NCBI GenBank assembly: GCA_009693245.1
Contig: SHXO01000004.1
Location: forward strand, 536-64,535
Origin: Betaproteobacteria bacterium
GTDB taxonomy: Bacteria > Pseudomonadota > Gammaproteobacteria > Burkholderiales > SHXO01
DNA length: 64,000 bases
Direction of reading: 5' to 3'
Numbering within the stretch: position 1 is the first letter of the stretch; each line of letters opens with the position of its first letter. The position numbers and the translations under genes are program-made. This document shows, in pieces, positions 48,725 through 58,898 of this stretch. The notes below the pieces were generated by a model. That model saw only the letters and a list, made by a program, of their open reading frames with translations, was not told the DNA's origin and did no database searches.

Positions 48725-49600
48725 CTAGCGAAACTTGACTCCTACGCTCGGATCGCCCGGCAGGCCATGGTACTGCACGTTGATGGCGAGCCCAGGTCTT
48801 GGGGTGCCGCCGGGAAAAAACGCGCCCACGCTGATGCGGTCGTTCATCTGGATGCGCTGGCCGTTGTCGGCAAGATTCTTGGCCAGCCATTGAAGGGCCG
48901 CGATGGGATTGCCCAGTATTTCGCTGCCGCGGGCGCGGCCCAACTCGTTATCCTCATGGTCACGCATGACCACCACCATGCTGGCTAACCCGTCCAGAAA
49001 TTCTTGCGTCACTTGCACGGGAATTGGCGCGCCCAATATGCCCATGCGAGTCCCCATGTTCGTGGCCACCAAGTTCAAGGCAGTCACGGTCTGGCCGGGG
49101 CCAAACATGAGGTCGGACAATTCTATGAAGGGCACGATATGTGAAAGGTGCGAAAGAACTTCCAGCGGTGTGCGGGCGTCGTGCAGGTTGTAGTCCTTGA
49201 CTACCATGATCAAGTCGGCCGCGAATTGAGGACGCGCGCCGAAATCCCACCCGACCGTCGCCCCGTTGTTCAAGAACATTTTTTCGTACAGAAAGCCGCG
49301 TTGAGGTTCGCCAGTCTGGTATTGGGCCCGTACCCTATCGCTGGTGAAGGCAGCCTTGTATCCGGTCATGACCCCCATGCTTCGCCCGATTTCGGCGGCT
49401 ATGAGGCCCTGGGCACAATAGGCATCGTCCATGTCGCGCAGCCGCGACAGGGAGTCGATGGGAGTTTTATTGGTGTAGGCCGCGACTATGACTTGAACTT
49501 CCAGGTAAGTGGGGCACGCCGGGCGGGCGGTAACGGAAGAGCCAAGTAAGCCCGCCAAAGCCACTAAGGCCAAAATCTTCCGGCATCGTTCAAATCGCAT
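48725..49600 (-). CDS. 2-keto-4-pentenoate hydratase (MhpD)/hydratase-decarboxylase family protein with an N-terminal signal-like sequence
   Basis: The ATG at 49600 is preceded by AGGAGG. MRFERCRKILALVALAGLLGSSVTA leader. The C-terminal GSEILGNPIAALQWLAKNLADNGQRIQMNDRISVGAF resembles the MhpD family. Confidence 0.75.
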   Translation of the reverse strand: MRFERCRKILALVALAGLLGSSVTARPACPTYLEVQVIVAAYTNKTPIDSLSRLRDMDDAYCAQGLIAAEIGRSMGVMTGYKAAFTSDRVRAQYQTGEPQRGFLYEKMFLNNGATVGWDFGARPQFAADLIMVVKDYNLHDARTPLEVLSHLSHIVPFIELSDLMFGPGQTVTALNLVATNMGTRMGILGAPIPVQVTQEFLDGLASMVVVMRDHEDNELGRARGSEILGNPIAALQWLAKNLADNGQRIQMNDRISVGAFFPGGTPRPGLAINVQYHGLPGDPSVGVKFR

Positions 49601-49716
49601 GATCAACCTCCTGGTGCGCTGGCAACCAGAGCCCTGGCGCCGAGATTTGGGGACTCACGCCGGGACATCGGCGTCGGCAAGGGAATCTGTAGTGAGTATT
49701 TTGACTAGACTTCGCT

Positions 49717-51036
49717 TCAATGGGAGAGGGCGGGAAGCACGGTGGCGCTGCACTCCCCGAAGCCGATGCGTGCGAAGCCCTTGCGCTCGCACCAGCCCCG
49801 CAGAATGACTCGGTCCGCGTCCTCCAAAAAGGTGCGCGCCTCGCCATTCTCTAACTTCACCGGCTGTTTGCCGCCATGGGTGATCTCCAACAATGAGCCC
49901 AGTTCTTCGAGCGAGGGCCCGGATTGCGTCCCACTGCCCAACAGATCGCCTGGATGCAGATCGCATCCGTTGACCGTGTGGTGGGCGACCAATTGCGCCA
50001 CGGTCCAGTAGGAATGCTTGAAACTCGTTCGAGACAGCCGGGTGGCTTGATGTTTCGCCGCGCGCATCTTTTCCGTTTCCAACCAGGCCTCGAGCTGAAG
50101 ATCGATGGCGCCGAAGTCACGGTTATCCGCGGAATCGAGGTAGGGCAGGGGTTGGGGATCTTGCTCTGGCCGGGTCCACGCGAGACGGTAAGGAACCAAG
50201 GCCTCCAGTGTCACGATCCACGGTGAAACCGTGGTGGCAAAACTCTTGGCCAGAAAAGGCCCCAAGGGTTGGTATTCCCAAGCCTGGATATCCCTTGCCG
50301 ACCAATCGTTGAGCAGGCAAAGGCCGAAGACGTGGCGTTCGGCTTCAGCGATGGGTACGGGCTGCCCCCACTCATTGCCGCAACCGACGTAGATTCCCAC
50401 CTCCAATTCGTAGTCCAGCCGCTTGGAGGGGCCGAAGCTGGGTTTGTCCGCGCCTGGAGGCATGGTCTGGCCGCGAGGACGATGGAAATCTCGTCCGGCC
50501 ACGCGCAGGGACGAGCCGCGCCCGTGATATCCAATGGGGACCCACTTGTAATTGGGCAGCAAGGGGTTGTCCGGGCGCATGAGTCTGCCGGCGTTGGTGG
50601 CGTGATGGATGGACGCATAGAAGTCCGTGTAGTCTCCCACGCTCGCGGGAAGGGCGTGTTCCGCCTCCGCTTGTTCGATCATGCATGCGCGCAGCTTGCC
50701 CGCGTGAGCGGATCCCACGCGCAGGGCCAGCGAGAGTGCCCGGCGCAAGGCGGACCAGGCTTGCGGCCCCATCGAGAAGAATCCGTTGAGCGTTCCGTGG
50801 CTGCATTGAACGGCCGCCCGCGCCTCCACGCCAGAGAACACGCCCGCATGCGCGGCAGCCTTCAAATCGAGAATCTCCCGTCCGATTGCCACGCCGCCGC
50901 GGAAATCTTCGTTACTGCCTTTGCGCCGGAATACTCCAAAGGGAAGGTTTTGAAGGGGGAAATCGCAACCGGGCTCGTTGGCGGATTCGACCCAGCTTCT
51001 AAGGTTTGCATCGTGCGTTTCGTTGGTTTTGAACAT
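49717..51036 (-). CDS. fahA: Fumarylacetoacetase
   Basis: The ATG at 51036 gives MFKTNETHDANLRSWVESANEPGCDFPLQNLPFGVF, a typical FAH N-domain. About 439 aa, directly downstream of hmgA. The track extension to 51273 overlaps hmgA. Confidence 0.9.
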   Translation of the reverse strand: MFKTNETHDANLRSWVESANEPGCDFPLQNLPFGVFRRKGSNEDFRGGVAIGREILDLKAAAHAGVFSGVEARAAVQCSHGTLNGFFSMGPQAWSALRRALSLALRVGSAHAGKLRACMIEQAEAEHALPASVGDYTDFYASIHHATNAGRLMRPDNPLLPNYKWVPIGYHGRGSSLRVAGRDFHRPRGQTMPPGADKPSFGPSKRLDYELEVGIYVGCGNEWGQPVPIAEAERHVFGLCLLNDWSARDIQAWEYQPLGPFLAKSFATTVSPWIVTLEALVPYRLAWTRPEQDPQPLPYLDSADNRDFGAIDLQLEAWLETEKMRAAKHQATRLSRTSFKHSYWTVAQLVAHHTVNGCDLHPGDLLGSGTQSGPSLEELGSLLEITHGGKQPVKLENGEARTFLEDADRVILRGWCERKGFARIGFGECSATVLPALSH

Positions 51037-51073
51037 CGTAGGTGGCGCGAAAGTATGTTTTCTCGCGTTTAGT

Positions 51074-52390
51074 CTAACCTCTGCGGGCGGGGTCGAAGTG
51101 CTTGCGCAGCCCTTGCCAGCTGTGGTGATAGTTTGTCTGTAACTGAGGTGACTCCATGGCGGCCCGTGTGGGCCGAATCGCATGGCGGGTCTCGAACATG
51201 AAGGCCATCGTATCGCGAATGTATTGAGGCTTGCTGGTGTCCGCGGCGGAGCCTTTCTCGAAGGTTTCCGCATCGGGCCCGTGCCCGCTCATGCAATTGT
51301 GCAGGCTGGCGCCCCCTGGCTTGAAACCTTGCGCCTTGGCGTCGTAGACACCGTGAATGAGGCCCATGAACTCGCTCGCGATATTGCGATGGAACCAGGG
51401 CGGGCGAAAGGTGTTTTCCATGGCGAGAATACGCGGCGGAAAGACGACGAAATCGGTCATGCCCACGCCTGGCGTATCGCTTGGAGATTGCAGTACCAGG
51501 AAGATCGAGGGGTCGGGATGATCGAAACTGGTGGAGCCCATCACATTGAAGCGCCGCAGGTCATATTTGTAGGGCACATGATTGCCATGCCATGCGACGA
51601 CGTCCAGCGGTGAACGATCGATGCGGGCGGTCCACAAATTTCCCATGAACTTGGCTGTTAGATTGAAATCCCCCTCCTGGTCTTCGTAGCACGCGGTGGG
51701 TGAGAGAAAATCGCGCGGGTTGGCGAGCCCGTTGGAACCGATGGGGCCTAGATCAGGTAATCGAAATGGCGCGCCAAAATTTTCGCAAACATAGCCGCGT
51801 GCCTCCGCTTCCAGGAGATCTACTCGAAACCGAATTCCCCGGGGAATGACCACGATTTCCTGGGGCTGCACATCGATCATGCCCAGCTCCGTGGCGAAGC
51901 GCAATCCTCCCGATTGTGGAACCACCAGCATTTCGCCGTCGGCGTTGTAAAAAAACCGGCCGGCCATGGAGCGGTTGATGGCGTAGAGATGAATCCCGCA
52001 TCCTGTCTGCGTGTGCGGATCCCCGTTGCCCGCCATGGTCATCATGCCGTCGACGAAGTCCGCCGGTTTCGTGGCCAGCGGTAGTGGATCCCAGCGCAAT
52101 CGATTAGGGGGCGCCGAAAGCCCGGAGAAATCGCTAGTCCAGCGCGCGTTATCGATGCGCTCGAAGGGCAGGTGCTTGGCCGCGGGGATGATGCGATAGA
52201 GCCAAGTGCGCCGGTTTCCGGCGCGAGGTGCGCTGAAGGCGGTTCCCGATATTTGCTCGGCATACAAGCCGTAGGGGCACTTCCGCGGAGAGTTTTGGCC
52301 AACAGGCAGGGCGCCGGGCAGAGCCTCGCAGGCGAATTCGTTTCCGAAGCCAGATTGATAGTTAAGTCTGGCAGGGGCTTCCATGGTCAT
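51074..52390 (-). CDS. hmgA: Homogentisate 1,2-dioxygenase
   Basis: [26 protein letters not shown]-terminus and [12 protein letters not shown] motif. 438 aa. Confidence 0.94.
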   Translation of the reverse strand: MTMEAPARLNYQSGFGNEFACEALPGALPVGQNSPRKCPYGLYAEQISGTAFSAPRAGNRRTWLYRIIPAAKHLPFERIDNARWTSDFSGLSAPPNRLRWDPLPLATKPADFVDGMMTMAGNGDPHTQTGCGIHLYAINRSMAGRFFYNADGEMLVVPQSGGLRFATELGMIDVQPQEIVVIPRGIRFRVDLLEAEARGYVCENFGAPFRLPDLGPIGSNGLANPRDFLSPTACYEDQEGDFNLTAKFMGNLWTARIDRSPLDVVAWHGNHVPYKYDLRRFNVMGSTSFDHPDPSIFLVLQSPSDTPGVGMTDFVVFPPRILAMENTFRPPWFHRNIASEFMGLIHGVYDAKAQGFKPGGASLHNCMSGHGPDAETFEKGSAADTSKPQYIRDTMAFMFETRHAIRPTRAAMESPQLQTNYHHSWQGLRKHFDPARRG

Positions 52391-52502
52391 GATCTTGGGA
52401 TTCCGCGATTAATCTTCGGCTGTCTTATCGTGTATTGTGCATCACGCGCTGGACATCACATAGCTCTCCCTCGCACCCGCGCATATCAACCGGAGATACA
52501 CA

Positions 52503-53201
52503 TTGATCAAGTTCTATTTCAACGCGGCCCCCAATCCCATGAAAGTCGCGCTGTTCCTGGAGGAGGCAGGGCTCGAATACATGCCCATTCCCATCGATAC
52601 GAGAAAGGGAGAGCAGTTCAATCCCGAGTACGTGGCGATCAACCCCAACGCCAAGGTTCCCGCCATCCTTGATGGCGATGCCGTCGTGTTCGACAGCAAT
52701 GCCATCCTGCTTTACTTGGCTGATAAGACCAAGCGCTTTCTACCACCGGACAATGACCGCGCCGAGGTGCGAGGGCAGCTGCTTTCCTGGCTGATGTTCG
52801 TGGCCAGCGGTATTGGCCCCTACTCAGGCCAGGCCGTGCATTTTCGCAATTACGCACCCGAGCCCAAGGAGTACGCCCTCAACCGTTACGATTTTGAAGC
52901 TGAGCGCCACTGGAAGATCATCGATGAGCGCCTAGGAAAGGGGCGCTACATGCTGGGGAATACCTATACGATAGCCGACATGGCGGTCTGGGGGTGGGCG
53001 CGCTTGGTACCTCTGGTGCTGGGTGGTGAAGAAAATTGGGCCAAGCTCCCCAACCTTAAACGGCTGCTGGCCGAAATCAATGGACGCCCCGCCGTGGCGA
53101 GAGTGGAAGAGTTGAAACGCAAACACACCTTCAAGGCTGAAATGGATGTGGATGCGCGGCGTTTCATGTTTCCGCAGTTGGCCAGACTGGAAAAAGTCTA
53201 G
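52503..53201 (+). CDS. Glutathione S-transferase, YfcG-like (nu class)
   Basis: With a TTG start, MIKFYFNAAPNPMKVALFLEEAGLEY...NPNAKVPAI...FDSNAILLYLADK is collinear with E. coli YfcG from memory. Confidence 0.85.
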   Translation: MIKFYFNAAPNPMKVALFLEEAGLEYMPIPIDTRKGEQFNPEYVAINPNAKVPAILDGDAVVFDSNAILLYLADKTKRFLPPDNDRAEVRGQLLSWLMFVASGIGPYSGQAVHFRNYAPEPKEYALNRYDFEAERHWKIIDERLGKGRYMLGNTYTIADMAVWGWARLVPLVLGGEENWAKLPNLKRLLAEINGRPAVARVEELKRKHTFKAEMDVDARRFMFPQLARLEKV

Positions 53202-53222
53202 GCGAAAAAGCGCGGCGCCCTT

Positions 53223-54527
53223 TCATGGGCCATGCGACAGCCTCTGCTTCGTTAGCGCATTTAGCGCGCGGTGAAGCTGGCAGTCGGCGAGATCTGGCAC
53301 GTGTGGCAAATTCGCTGGCGAACCCGGCTCGGGGCGATGCGGAGCGGGCGAATCCAATCCGCAGACTACGCGGGGACCAGCGGCCGCTTCGCTTTGCAAC
53401 CAGAAGTTTCCGCGGGCAATGCTCTGGGCCGTGGCCTCGCTGCCGCCTGGTGGAGCTTGATCCACGACCTGGTCGGGTGTGACGCCTTGCTTATCGATGG
53501 AGCGGCCGCTGGGCGTGTAGTAGTGGGCGGTAGTGAGTTTCAATGCGCCCCCGTCACCCAACGGGAGTATGGTTTGAATGGACCCTTTGCCGTAGGTGCG
53601 CGTGCCAAGCACGATGGCGCGCCCATGATCTTGCAGGGCACCGGCCACGATCTCCGAGGCCGATGCTGACCGGTGGTTGACCAGAACGACCAGAGGAACG
53701 GACTTCATGGCCTGGGGGCTGGATTGGGCTTTCGCGGGGTAATCGCGCTTGGAATCCTCCGACATGCCGCTGGTGGATACCACCAAGGTTCCGCCGGCTA
53801 GGAAGGTCCCGGCAACGGCGACGGCCGCGTTCAGATTACCGCCGAGATTGTCGCGCAGATCGAGGACGATTCCTTCGAAGCCCTGGGACGACTCCGACAT
53901 CTTCTCCAAGGCGAGCGCCATCTCCTCCGGTGTGCGCTGGTGAAATTGCGATAGATGCAGGTAGGCGGTACGAGGCGCGATGAGTCCCGCGCGCACGCTG
54001 GGGTCTTGGATCTGCTCGCGGTCTAGCGCCAGGGTTCGGGGCACGGGATCACCCGCGCGCAGAAACGTTAAGGTGAGGGAGGTACTGGGCGTGCCGCGTG
54101 TGTGGCGGACCGCTTGTTCGAACGTCATCCGCGCTACGCTGGTGTCGTCGAGGTGGGTGACTAGATCCCCGGGCAGGAGTCCAGCGCGATGAGCGGGAGT
54201 ATTTTCAAGGACCAAGACAATGCGAGAAAATTCGCCTTCCTTACGCATCTCAATGCCTATCCCGCCATATTTTCCTTGCACTTCCTGCTGCAATTTCCGG
54301 TAGGCATCCGCGTCCAGGTAGGCGCAATAAGGATCCAAACCTTTCAACAGTCCGTTCACGGCATCGGTGAAAAGTTTGCCATCCTCCACGGGCTTGACGT
54401 ACTTGGAATCGATCAAATTCAAAATTTTTTCAAGCCGCGGTAGCACTGACTCCATTGGAGTCGTTTGCGCCGCCGAGCCCGCGCAGGCAGCACAGGCAAG
54501 CAACGCGGAAAGGAGGATTCTGGTCAT
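53223..54527 (-). CDS. S41 family carboxy-terminal processing peptidase
   Basis: Signal peptide from the ATG at 54527 (AGGAGA SD). PDZ region, then LVVLVNHRSASASEIVAGALQDHGRAIVLGTRTYGKG (catalytic Ser...Lys). Confidence 0.88.
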   Translation of the reverse strand: MTRILLSALLACAACAGSAAQTTPMESVLPRLEKILNLIDSKYVKPVEDGKLFTDAVNGLLKGLDPYCAYLDADAYRKLQQEVQGKYGGIGIEMRKEGEFSRIVLVLENTPAHRAGLLPGDLVTHLDDTSVARMTFEQAVRHTRGTPSTSLTLTFLRAGDPVPRTLALDREQIQDPSVRAGLIAPRTAYLHLSQFHQRTPEEMALALEKMSESSQGFEGIVLDLRDNLGGNLNAAVAVAGTFLAGGTLVVSTSGMSEDSKRDYPAKAQSSPQAMKSVPLVVLVNHRSASASEIVAGALQDHGRAIVLGTRTYGKGSIQTILPLGDGGALKLTTAHYYTPSGRSIDKQGVTPDQVVDQAPPGGSEATAQSIARGNFWLQSEAAAGPRVVCGLDSPAPHRPEPGSPANLPHVPDLADCQLHRALNALTKQRLSHGP

Positions 54528-54535
54528 CGCTTCTC

Positions 54536-55654
54536 CTAATTCAGGCCCCATACTTCGCGGGCGGTGTCCACCACCAATTGCAATTTAGCACGCTGCTCTT
54601 CGGCCTCGATGTCGTTACCGTGTACGGTGCTGGAAAATCCGCATTGAGGGGAGAGGCACAAATTCTCAAGCGGAGCGAAGCGGGCCGCCTCATCGATCCG
54701 GCGCTTGATCGCATCCTTCGATTCGAGATTTCCCAACTTGGTGCTCACCAAGCCGAGCACCACGAATTTATTCTTGGGCAGGAAGCGTAGTGGTGAGAAA
54801 TCGCCCGAACGGGCATCGTCGTACTCCAGGAAATAGCCGTCAATGTTCATTTCCGAGAGGAGTACCTGGGCCACGGGTTCGTATCCACCTTCCGCGGCCC
54901 AGCCGCTCTTGAAATTGCCACGGCACAGATGCATGCACACGATCATGTCTTTGGGGCGCTCGGAGATGGCGGCGTTGATGAGGCGGGCGTAGCGGCGGGG
55001 TAGTTCGTCTGGGTCGTCGCCGCGCTGGCGTGCGCCCGCCCGCATTTTCTCGTCGCACAGATAGGCAAGATTGGTGTCGTCCATTTGAATGTATCGGCAT
55101 CCCGCATCCGCGAGACTCTTAAGCTCGGAGCGGTAGGCGCCCGCCACGTCGGCGTAGAACGCATCCAGATCGGGATAGGCTTCCTTGCTAATGGCGTTAC
55201 GCCCGCCGCGAAAGTGCAACATGGTGGGGGAGGGGATGGTCACCTTAGGGGTGAGCGCGGTTGTGGATTTGAGATACTGGAAGTCGGCGAGTTGAATGGG
55301 ATTGGCATGCCGAATTTTTCCGGTCACATGCATGACCGGAGGGGAAAAATTCACGGTCCCGGCGCTGCTGCGAAAACTGACTGCGATGCCGCCCTTGGTT
55401 TCCACGCCGGCCAGTTGTTCCAGAAAATCTATATGGAAATAGGTGCGGCGAAATTCTCCATCGGTAATGCCTTGGAAGCCGAGATCTTCCTGAAAGCGGA
55501 CGATCTCGGAAATTGCGCTATCCTCCTCTTGGCGTAGCGCCTCCTTAGTGATCTTCCCCTCCTTATACTGGGCGCGTACGCCGAGCAAGGACCGAGGCCG
55601 CAGAAAGCTCCCCACGTGATCGGCGCGGAAGGGTGCTTGGGTACGAAGTGTCAT
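54536..55654 (-). CDS. Cobalamin-independent methionine synthase-like protein (MetE C-terminal-domain family, about 370 aa)
   Basis: FRADHVGSFLRP N-terminus, HLCRGN and LSPQCGF zinc-ligand motifs typical of the MetE catalytic-domain family. Confidence 0.8.
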   Translation of the reverse strand: MTLRTQAPFRADHVGSFLRPRSLLGVRAQYKEGKITKEALRQEEDSAISEIVRFQEDLGFQGITDGEFRRTYFHIDFLEQLAGVETKGGIAVSFRSSAGTVNFSPPVMHVTGKIRHANPIQLADFQYLKSTTALTPKVTIPSPTMLHFRGGRNAISKEAYPDLDAFYADVAGAYRSELKSLADAGCRYIQMDDTNLAYLCDEKMRAGARQRGDDPDELPRRYARLINAAISERPKDMIVCMHLCRGNFKSGWAAEGGYEPVAQVLLSEMNIDGYFLEYDDARSGDFSPLRFLPKNKFVVLGLVSTKLGNLESKDAIKRRIDEAARFAPLENLCLSPQCGFSSTVHGNDIEAEEQRAKLQLVVDTAREVWGLN

Positions 55655-55739
55655 GGAATTCTCCCGAGGTGGCTATCGGTGCGCTTGCTCAGCGCCGGGG
55701 TTTGCCGTTACGCTGCGCGCACGTGGAAAGGATTGCGTA

Positions 55740-56555
55740 ATGATCGAGATCAAAAAAATTGCCGGAGCCTTGGGTGCGGAAATCGCGGGAGCCGACCTCT
55801 CTCGCCCGCTGTCGCGCGAGATTATCACGCAGATCCGGCAAGCATTTCTCGATCATTTAGTCATCTTCTTTCGTAACCAAACGCTCACGCCCGGCCAGTT
55901 TCTCGGCTTTGCTCAAAGCATGGGGCAACCCGTCGAGTATCCCTTTGTAAAGGGATTGCCGGACTATCCGGTCATCATCGAAGTGAAGAAGCTGGAGCAC
56001 GAGCGCACCAACTTTGGGGGTATCTGGCACAGCGACACCGCTTACCTGGAGCACCCGCCTAAAGGATCCATGCTGCTGGCGCGCGAGGTGCCGCCAGCGG
56101 GCGGGGATACTTTGTTTGCCAATCAATATATCGCCTACGAAGCGCTTTCCCCGGGCCTGCGCCGGGTCCTCGAAGGGCTAACCGCCGTCAACACCTCGGC
56201 CAAGGCGGATGTTTCTCGCACGCGAGAAGACCGCATGCGCAGCGATGCGCGCGATGATGCCAGGCAAGAGTACGTAGCCGAACATCCTGTGGTGCGCGTG
56301 CATTCCGAGACGGGCCGCAAAGCGCTTTACGTCAACATCGCGCACACGCAGCGCTTTCGAGATATGACCGAGGAGGAGAGCGCTCCGCTCTTGGCGTACC
56401 TGTTTGCCCACCAGACCAAGCCGGAATTTACTTGCCGTTTTCAGTGGGAGGCGGGCTCGTTGGCTTTTTGGGACAATCGCTGCGCACAACACAATCCGGT
56501 CAATGACTACCACGGCCACCGGCGTGTGATGCACCGAATCACTTTGGCGGGGTAG
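55740..56555 (+). CDS. TauD/TfdA family Fe(II)/2-oxoglutarate dioxygenase
   Basis: The ATG at 55740 gives MIEIKKIAGALGAEIAG. WHSDTAY (HxD) and HRVMHRITL C-terminal motifs match TauD-like enzymes. The substrate is not inferable. Confidence 0.85.
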   Translation: MIEIKKIAGALGAEIAGADLSRPLSREIITQIRQAFLDHLVIFFRNQTLTPGQFLGFAQSMGQPVEYPFVKGLPDYPVIIEVKKLEHERTNFGGIWHSDTAYLEHPPKGSMLLAREVPPAGGDTLFANQYIAYEALSPGLRRVLEGLTAVNTSAKADVSRTREDRMRSDARDDARQEYVAEHPVVRVHSETGRKALYVNIAHTQRFRDMTEEESAPLLAYLFAHQTKPEFTCRFQWEAGSLAFWDNRCAQHNPVNDYHGHRRVMHRITLAG

Positions 56556-56676
56556 CTGGCAAAATTTATCGGCATACTCCTTGCGTTTCCAGTCCTACTT
56601 GGTTTTCCTTCTTGTGAGCGTTGCATTTTGACGTTCGCAATCCCAGGGAAACGCATTAATAGGAAGGGAGAGCGCC

Positions 56677-57339
56677 GTGGGTATTTTGGTATTGGGCAGC
56701 GCGTTACTCGAAGGTTTCGCATTGCTTCAAATTCTTAACGGCGGGAATGACGTCTTTTGGCGGGTGGCGGCGATGGCGTTGCCGTTCCTTGCATACTTTC
56801 TGTTATTGAAATCCAAGGAGCAAGTGCCGGTTGTAGAAGCCGCCGCGCATGAAGCGCCTAACGACTTGGAGCGCAAGCTCGCCGCGCTGGCCTCTTGTCC
56901 CAGTGTTGCAAACAAGATCATCGCTGCCGATGAACTCATGCGCCGCGGCCGCCATGCCGATGCCGTGCCCTTGTACCAAAGCGCCTTGACGGGTATTTAT
57001 GCGAACGAACCGGACTTCATGTTCAAGCTCGCGCAAGCGCACATCGAAGCCAACGATCCGGCTGGCGCGAGCGCTTGTGTTGCGCGGCTCACGCGCGATC
57101 ATGCACGCTACCGGCCCGAGGAAACTCGTTTGCTGCACGCTCGCATATTAGAAGGCCAGGGAAATATCCACGCGGCTTTGTCGGAGTACGACGGCCTCGC
57201 ATCGGCCTACGTGGGATTGGAAGCCCGCTGCCGCTTCGGTCTTCTGCTCATGCGAGAAGGCGATATCGACCGCGCCCACCAGGTGTTCAATTTAATGGTC
57301 CGAGATGCGGAAACTTCTGCCTACGCCATGCGCGTGTAG
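56677..57339 (+). CDS. Hypothetical membrane-anchored TPR-like protein (220 aa)
   Basis: GTG start with GGAAGGGAG upstream. Two N-terminal hydrophobic segments, then helical-repeat-like sequence (AVPLYQSALTG..., LAQAHIEANDPAGA). Confidence 0.55.
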   Translation: MGILVLGSALLEGFALLQILNGGNDVFWRVAAMALPFLAYFLLLKSKEQVPVVEAAAHEAPNDLERKLAALASCPSVANKIIAADELMRRGRHADAVPLYQSALTGIYANEPDFMFKLAQAHIEANDPAGASACVARLTRDHARYRPEETRLLHARILEGQGNIHAALSEYDGLASAYVGLEARCRFGLLLMREGDIDRAHQVFNLMVRDAETSAYAMRV

Positions 57340-57401
57340 CATCAGTGGTTGCGCGTTGCGACCCATTGCCAAGCGCGCCTGCGCGCCAAGCTCTCGCCTC
57401 G

Positions 57402-58898
57402 TTAGCGGTGCGTGCCTAGTTCGCTGTCCAGCGGATAGATAGGGCGGCGTATCTTCCTGTAATCGAACATCGCCCAGTCGGAGGACCCGACTCCGATACT
57501 GTCGCAGAACACGTGTCCCTTGGCGATGGGTAGAAATACTGGCCGAAAATACATTCTCGACTTCAGTAGTAGAAACCGCATGCGTGCCGGATCGATTCCA
57601 ACGCTTGTGAACACGCCGAGGTCCCAAGGTTCCTGATTGCGCTCTGTCACTACAATCCGCACCGCGCCCGTATCCAACACCACCGTCTTTCCCATGAAAC
57701 ACCGCATGCCGTGAAATTGCGGGCCGGTGATGGTGTACTCGCCATCGGAGATGGCTCTCACGGTCCCGGATAGCTCCAAAGGTTCACCCTTGACCTTGAT
57801 CGAAGGCATATCCATCTTGCCCCCGATCTTCACCGTAACCTTTGCCCCAGGGCCTGCTTCAATCATGCGCGCCACGGCTTTTTCATCGCGCACCGGACCC
57901 ACGGCAATGCCCGTGAGTCCTTGGCGAAGGGCCTCCTTCAGCACATACATGGTGTCTTGGGTTGCGCCCGAGGCGCAGTTATCGGCGTGATCCAAAAGGA
58001 GGATGGGGCCGCCGTTTTCGTCCGCGAGTTTCTTGGCGCGCGCGATCGCCGCCACCATGGGTTCACCGCGATAGATGAAGGCCTCCCTGTGCTGCCAGGC
58101 CACATCTAGAATAGCCTTGCACGCGGACTGCGCGGCTTGCAAATTGCCATTCGAAACGGTCACGGCACTTAGGCCCGCGTCATGAATGTCGGCCTGCTGA
58201 AATCCACCAAAGGCCGTCGCGGCGAGTAGCCCTGCTTTTTCCGCGGCACGCGCGGCGTCCACACAGTCCTTCATGGGACTCTCGCCTGTGTTCTGTTTCA
58301 GGGTTTGCGCCAGCAGGGGGACATTGCCCCAAGCCATGACGGGGTTTAGCTCGCCCTTCAAATGACGCAACAATATGCTGCCAGCCAGGTGCCCGGCCTC
58401 GTATTGATCGACATGTGGATAGGTCTTGTAGCCCGCGATCACTGTACAGTTGCTTACCATGCGTTCGGTAAGGTTGGCGTGCAAGTCCAGCGAGACGGCA
58501 ATGGGAACCTTAGGCGCGACGGCGCGGATTTTTTCCAGTAACGTGCCCTCACCATCATCGGTGCGCTCCGCCACCACCATGGCCCCGTGCAAGTCTAGAA
58601 ACACCGCATCACATCCGGCCGATACCGCCTCGCAAATGGCATAGCAGATGCGATCGTAAGCCTTAGGATCCACCGGGCCGCTAGGGTTGGCCCAGGCCGC
58701 GATGGGCGTGACTATTTGTGCACCGGCCCCCTCCGCCAAATCTAGAAACGCCGCCATGGGCAGCCGCGTCCCTTTCATAGCCTTGTAGGCGGCCTCGCCA
58801 AGATAGGGTCCGTCGTGGCCACCGAACACCTCCCACGGTGTGGCCACCGGGGAGAAGGTGTTCGTTTCATGTTGCATCTGGGCGATAACGAATCTCAT
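57402..58898 (-). CDS. M81 family metallopeptidase (MlrC-like)
   Basis: MRFVIAQMQHETNTFSPV N-terminus and an overall 498-aa architecture characteristic of MlrC/DUF1485 proteins. Confidence 0.85.
   Translation of the reverse strand: MRFVIAQMQHETNTFSPVATPWEVFGGHDGPYLGEAAYKAMKGTRLPMAAFLDLAEGAGAQIVTPIAAWANPSGPVDPKAYDRICYAICEAVSAGCDAVFLDLHGAMVVAERTDDGEGTLLEKIRAVAPKVPIAVSLDLHANLTERMVSNCTVIAGYKTYPHVDQYEAGHLAGSILLRHLKGELNPVMAWGNVPLLAQTLKQNTGESPMKDCVDAARAAEKAGLLAATAFGGFQQADIHDAGLSAVTVSNGNLQAAQSACKAILDVAWQHREAFIYRGEPMVAAIARAKKLADENGGPILLLDHADNCASGATQDTMYVLKEALRQGLTGIAVGPVRDEKAVARMIEAGPGAKVTVKIGGKMDMPSIKVKGEPLELSGTVRAISDGEYTITGPQFHGMRCFMGKTVVLDTGAVRIVVTERNQEPWDLGVFTSVGIDPARMRFLLLKSRMYFRPVFLPIAKGHVFCDSIGVGSSDWAMFDYRKIRRPIYPLDSELGTHR

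Noticed and set aside
52503-53201. Calling the GST the missing maleylacetoacetate isomerase (maiA)
   Set aside because: The sequence is collinear with the nu-class YfcG type, not the zeta-class MaiA. Adjacency alone is insufficient, so this is left as a hypothesis in a finding.
57337-57405. Possible read-through of the TAG ending the TPR-like gene (would add HQWLRVATHCQARLRAKLSPR)
   Set aside because: This rests only on a vague recollection of similar C-terminal tails. I cannot name a family or show conservation, and the extension would overlap the MlrC-like gene end. It is not supportable from sequence alone.
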